The notes under the pieces: generated by a model
Databases searched by the model: none
The model's input: the letters and a program-made list of their open reading frames with translations, nothing else
What the model was told of the DNA's origin: nothing
Shown: positions 61,529 to 64,000 of the stretch, one piece after another
Layout: each line of letters opens with the position of its first letter
Position numbering within the stretch: position 1 is the stretch's first letter
Program-made: the position numbers and the translations under genes
Source: Eledone cirrhosa
Lineage: Eukaryota
Length of the DNA: 64,000 nt
Reading direction: 5' to 3'
Assembly (NCBI GenBank): GCA_964016885.1
Contig: OZ024761.1
Coordinates: 22,940,001 to 23,004,000 of the forward strand

Positions 61529-61886
61529 GAAAGTTATATTTAAATTGTTGGGTTACAACTAGTAAATATTTATAACTGATATAAAAGCACTCAACAAGTA
61601 TTTGGAGTATATTTACGATATTAAATAAATGGAAACTATATTTATAAAACCATATTTATTTCATTATATATATTTCAGGGATATCATATTAACAATATGT
61701 TATGCCTTCTTCAGACAAAATACAATATAGACAGTTTTATAGATAAATAGATTTGACATACCGTTCAACTGTCTATATTGTATTTTGTCTGAAGAAGGCA
61801 TAACATATTGTTAATATGATATCCCTGAAATATATATAATGAAATAAATATGGTTTTATAAATATAGTTTCCATTTATTTAATATC

Positions 61887-61889
<3 letters not shown>
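61529..61889. mobile_element. Fold-back HHR element (family P): tail + palindrome 61614-61889
   Basis: attttgt-CTGAAGA(61789)...GAAA(61827)-tatata-TA-atgaaat. Tail aagcactcaac. (TA)n flanks. Confidence 0.8.
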
Positions 61890-61933
<44 letters not shown>

Positions 61934-62060
61934 GAAGGAAGTGTGGTAAGGAACCGGGTGGACCATAACGCACCAGAGTACTCAATACTTAGGGTAGTAG
62001 AGTGGGTAATAGGAAAATGTTTAACCCCGACGGCAGAGCTCTGCTGTCGGGGTTATGCAT

Positions 62061-62110
<50 letters not shown>

Positions 62111-62112
<2 letters not shown>

Positions 62113-62492
62113 AAAATTAAGATAATTAAAATTATGGGTGTCATGCCAGAAAGACATGCGCCATATCACCCGCAAAATAAGCTCTAAGATTCTAACGAAC
62201 AGGTCCGAGCATTTTATAATAACTAGAAATTGATTAACATATAAATAAACATGAAACAATCACAGGAGATAATTTTTACAAGTGTGTAAGCACACATAGC
62301 TAGGTAGGTAACTAGATAAAGTTAACCAGAACTTCAAAAATAGATACCTTATATTATAATGTATCTATTTTTGAAGTTCTGGTTAACTTTATCTAGTTAC
62401 CTACCTAGCTATGTGTGCTTACACACTTGTAAAAATTATCTCCTGTGATTATTCATGTTTATTTATATGTTAATCAATTTCTAGTTATTATA
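62111..62492. repeat. Fold-back element without visible HHR: tail + ~280-bp palindrome 62215-62492
   Basis: Arms are near-perfect reverse complements, and (TA)n lies on both sides. Confidence 0.75.
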
Positions 62493-62553
62493 TATATATA
62501 TATATATATATATAGTATTAGGGTTTTTTCTTGGTCTTAAACTTCTACTCAGT

Positions 62554-62608
<55 letters not shown>

Positions 62609-62620
62609 CTCTCTCTCTCG

Positions 62621-62671
<51 letters not shown>

Positions 62672-62686
62672 TATCTCTCTCTCTCG

Positions 62687-62721
<35 letters not shown>

Positions 62722-63451
62722 TACACAGACATTCACGCATATATATTTATTTATATATAAATACATACATACATAACTATGTACATACTTGTAGTATATG
62801 TGTGTCTGTGTGTATGTGAAACCGTGAGTCTGTGACTGTGTGCGTATGTATGTGTGACTGTATGTATGTATGTATGTATGTATGTATGTATGTATGTATG
62901 TGTGTGTCTGCATTCAGAAAATCACAAATCTAGAAACCTGAAAGTAAATTGTAGACAGTTCATTAACGAAACTAATTAAGGTGGTTGTTATTTAGAAATT
63001 ATGACGTAAAGTATGAGGGGAAAAAATCTGACATGAATATTTCACGAAGCGGAAAATACTTTCAACGTTTTATGTTAAATTAAAGTAACAAACCTTGTGA
63101 TTATATAAACAAATCGAATTAAGGGATGACTTTATATGTTTGTTAATTAATATTAGTTTATATTGATTTTATATATGTAAAGTGATTTTGTTTCTCGTTT
63201 TCATTGAGCTGTGTTGTATGTAATTATTGTGAATATAATAATATCTAAAGGGGTCTCCATGTTAACGAGATTAATCTTACAAAATGTCACAGGATTTTTA
63301 ATGGATTTATAGGTTTACGTAGGTGTTTTTTCAGGTTCTATGGTTTGTATAGAGACATTTATCGTTTGGTTTGTCTTCTTGATTTAAGATCTGGAAAAGT
63401 TAAAGTGATTAGACATGTCTAGTGTAACTAGTAACAGAAATAATTAAGGAT

Positions 63452-63543
<92 letters not shown>

Positions 63544-63668
63544 GTGTATATTTATATATATGTGTATATATATATTTATATATGTGTATATATATATATA
63601 TATATATGTATGTGTATATATATATATATATGTATATGTATGTGTATATATATATATATATGTATATG

Positions 63669-63699
<31 letters not shown>

Positions 63700-64000
63700 G
63701 TATGTGTATATATATATATATATATGTATGTGTGTATATATATATATATATGTATATGTATATATATATATGTATATGTATGTATATTTATATATGTATA
63801 TGTATGTATATTTATATATATATGTATATGAATGTATATATATATATGTATATGCATGTATATATATATATATATGCATGTATATGCATGTATATATGTA
63901 AAAATACAATAGTATATATAGAGCAATGTAAATGTTATGTGAGATATTATGTGAGGTAAAGCCTTTACTGTGAAAATACAATAGTATATATAGAGTAATG

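Overview
AT-rich, microsatellite-saturated eukaryotic DNA. The SINE and repeat complement suggests a coleoid cephalopod, probably an octopus (inference). The only host coding sequence is one large + strand exon (8818-9988, ATG at 8859) of a cyclic-nucleotide-gated (CNG) channel subunit covering the N-terminus to the pore. No further exon is recognisable, so the remaining ~54 kb is probably intron, with a 200-N gap at 37736-37935. Almost all track ORFs are microsatellite artefacts. The main discovery is a 5.5-kb near-perfect array of a 310-bp unit (23886-29409). Each full unit carries a complete type I hammerhead ribozyme (HHR) motif, 17 in total. The array forms two inverted arms, and the inversion junction lies at the predicted self-cleavage site, like a retrozyme or Penelope-type insertion. 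The same region holds several more HHR-bearing repeat families, mostly fold-back (palindrome + tail) insertions in (TA)n, plus a decayed Penelope-like RT fragment. Also present are R4/Dong-like and RTE LINE fragments, many tRNA-SINE copies, and a hAT MITE whose two copies each amplified a different internal motif into a minisatellite.
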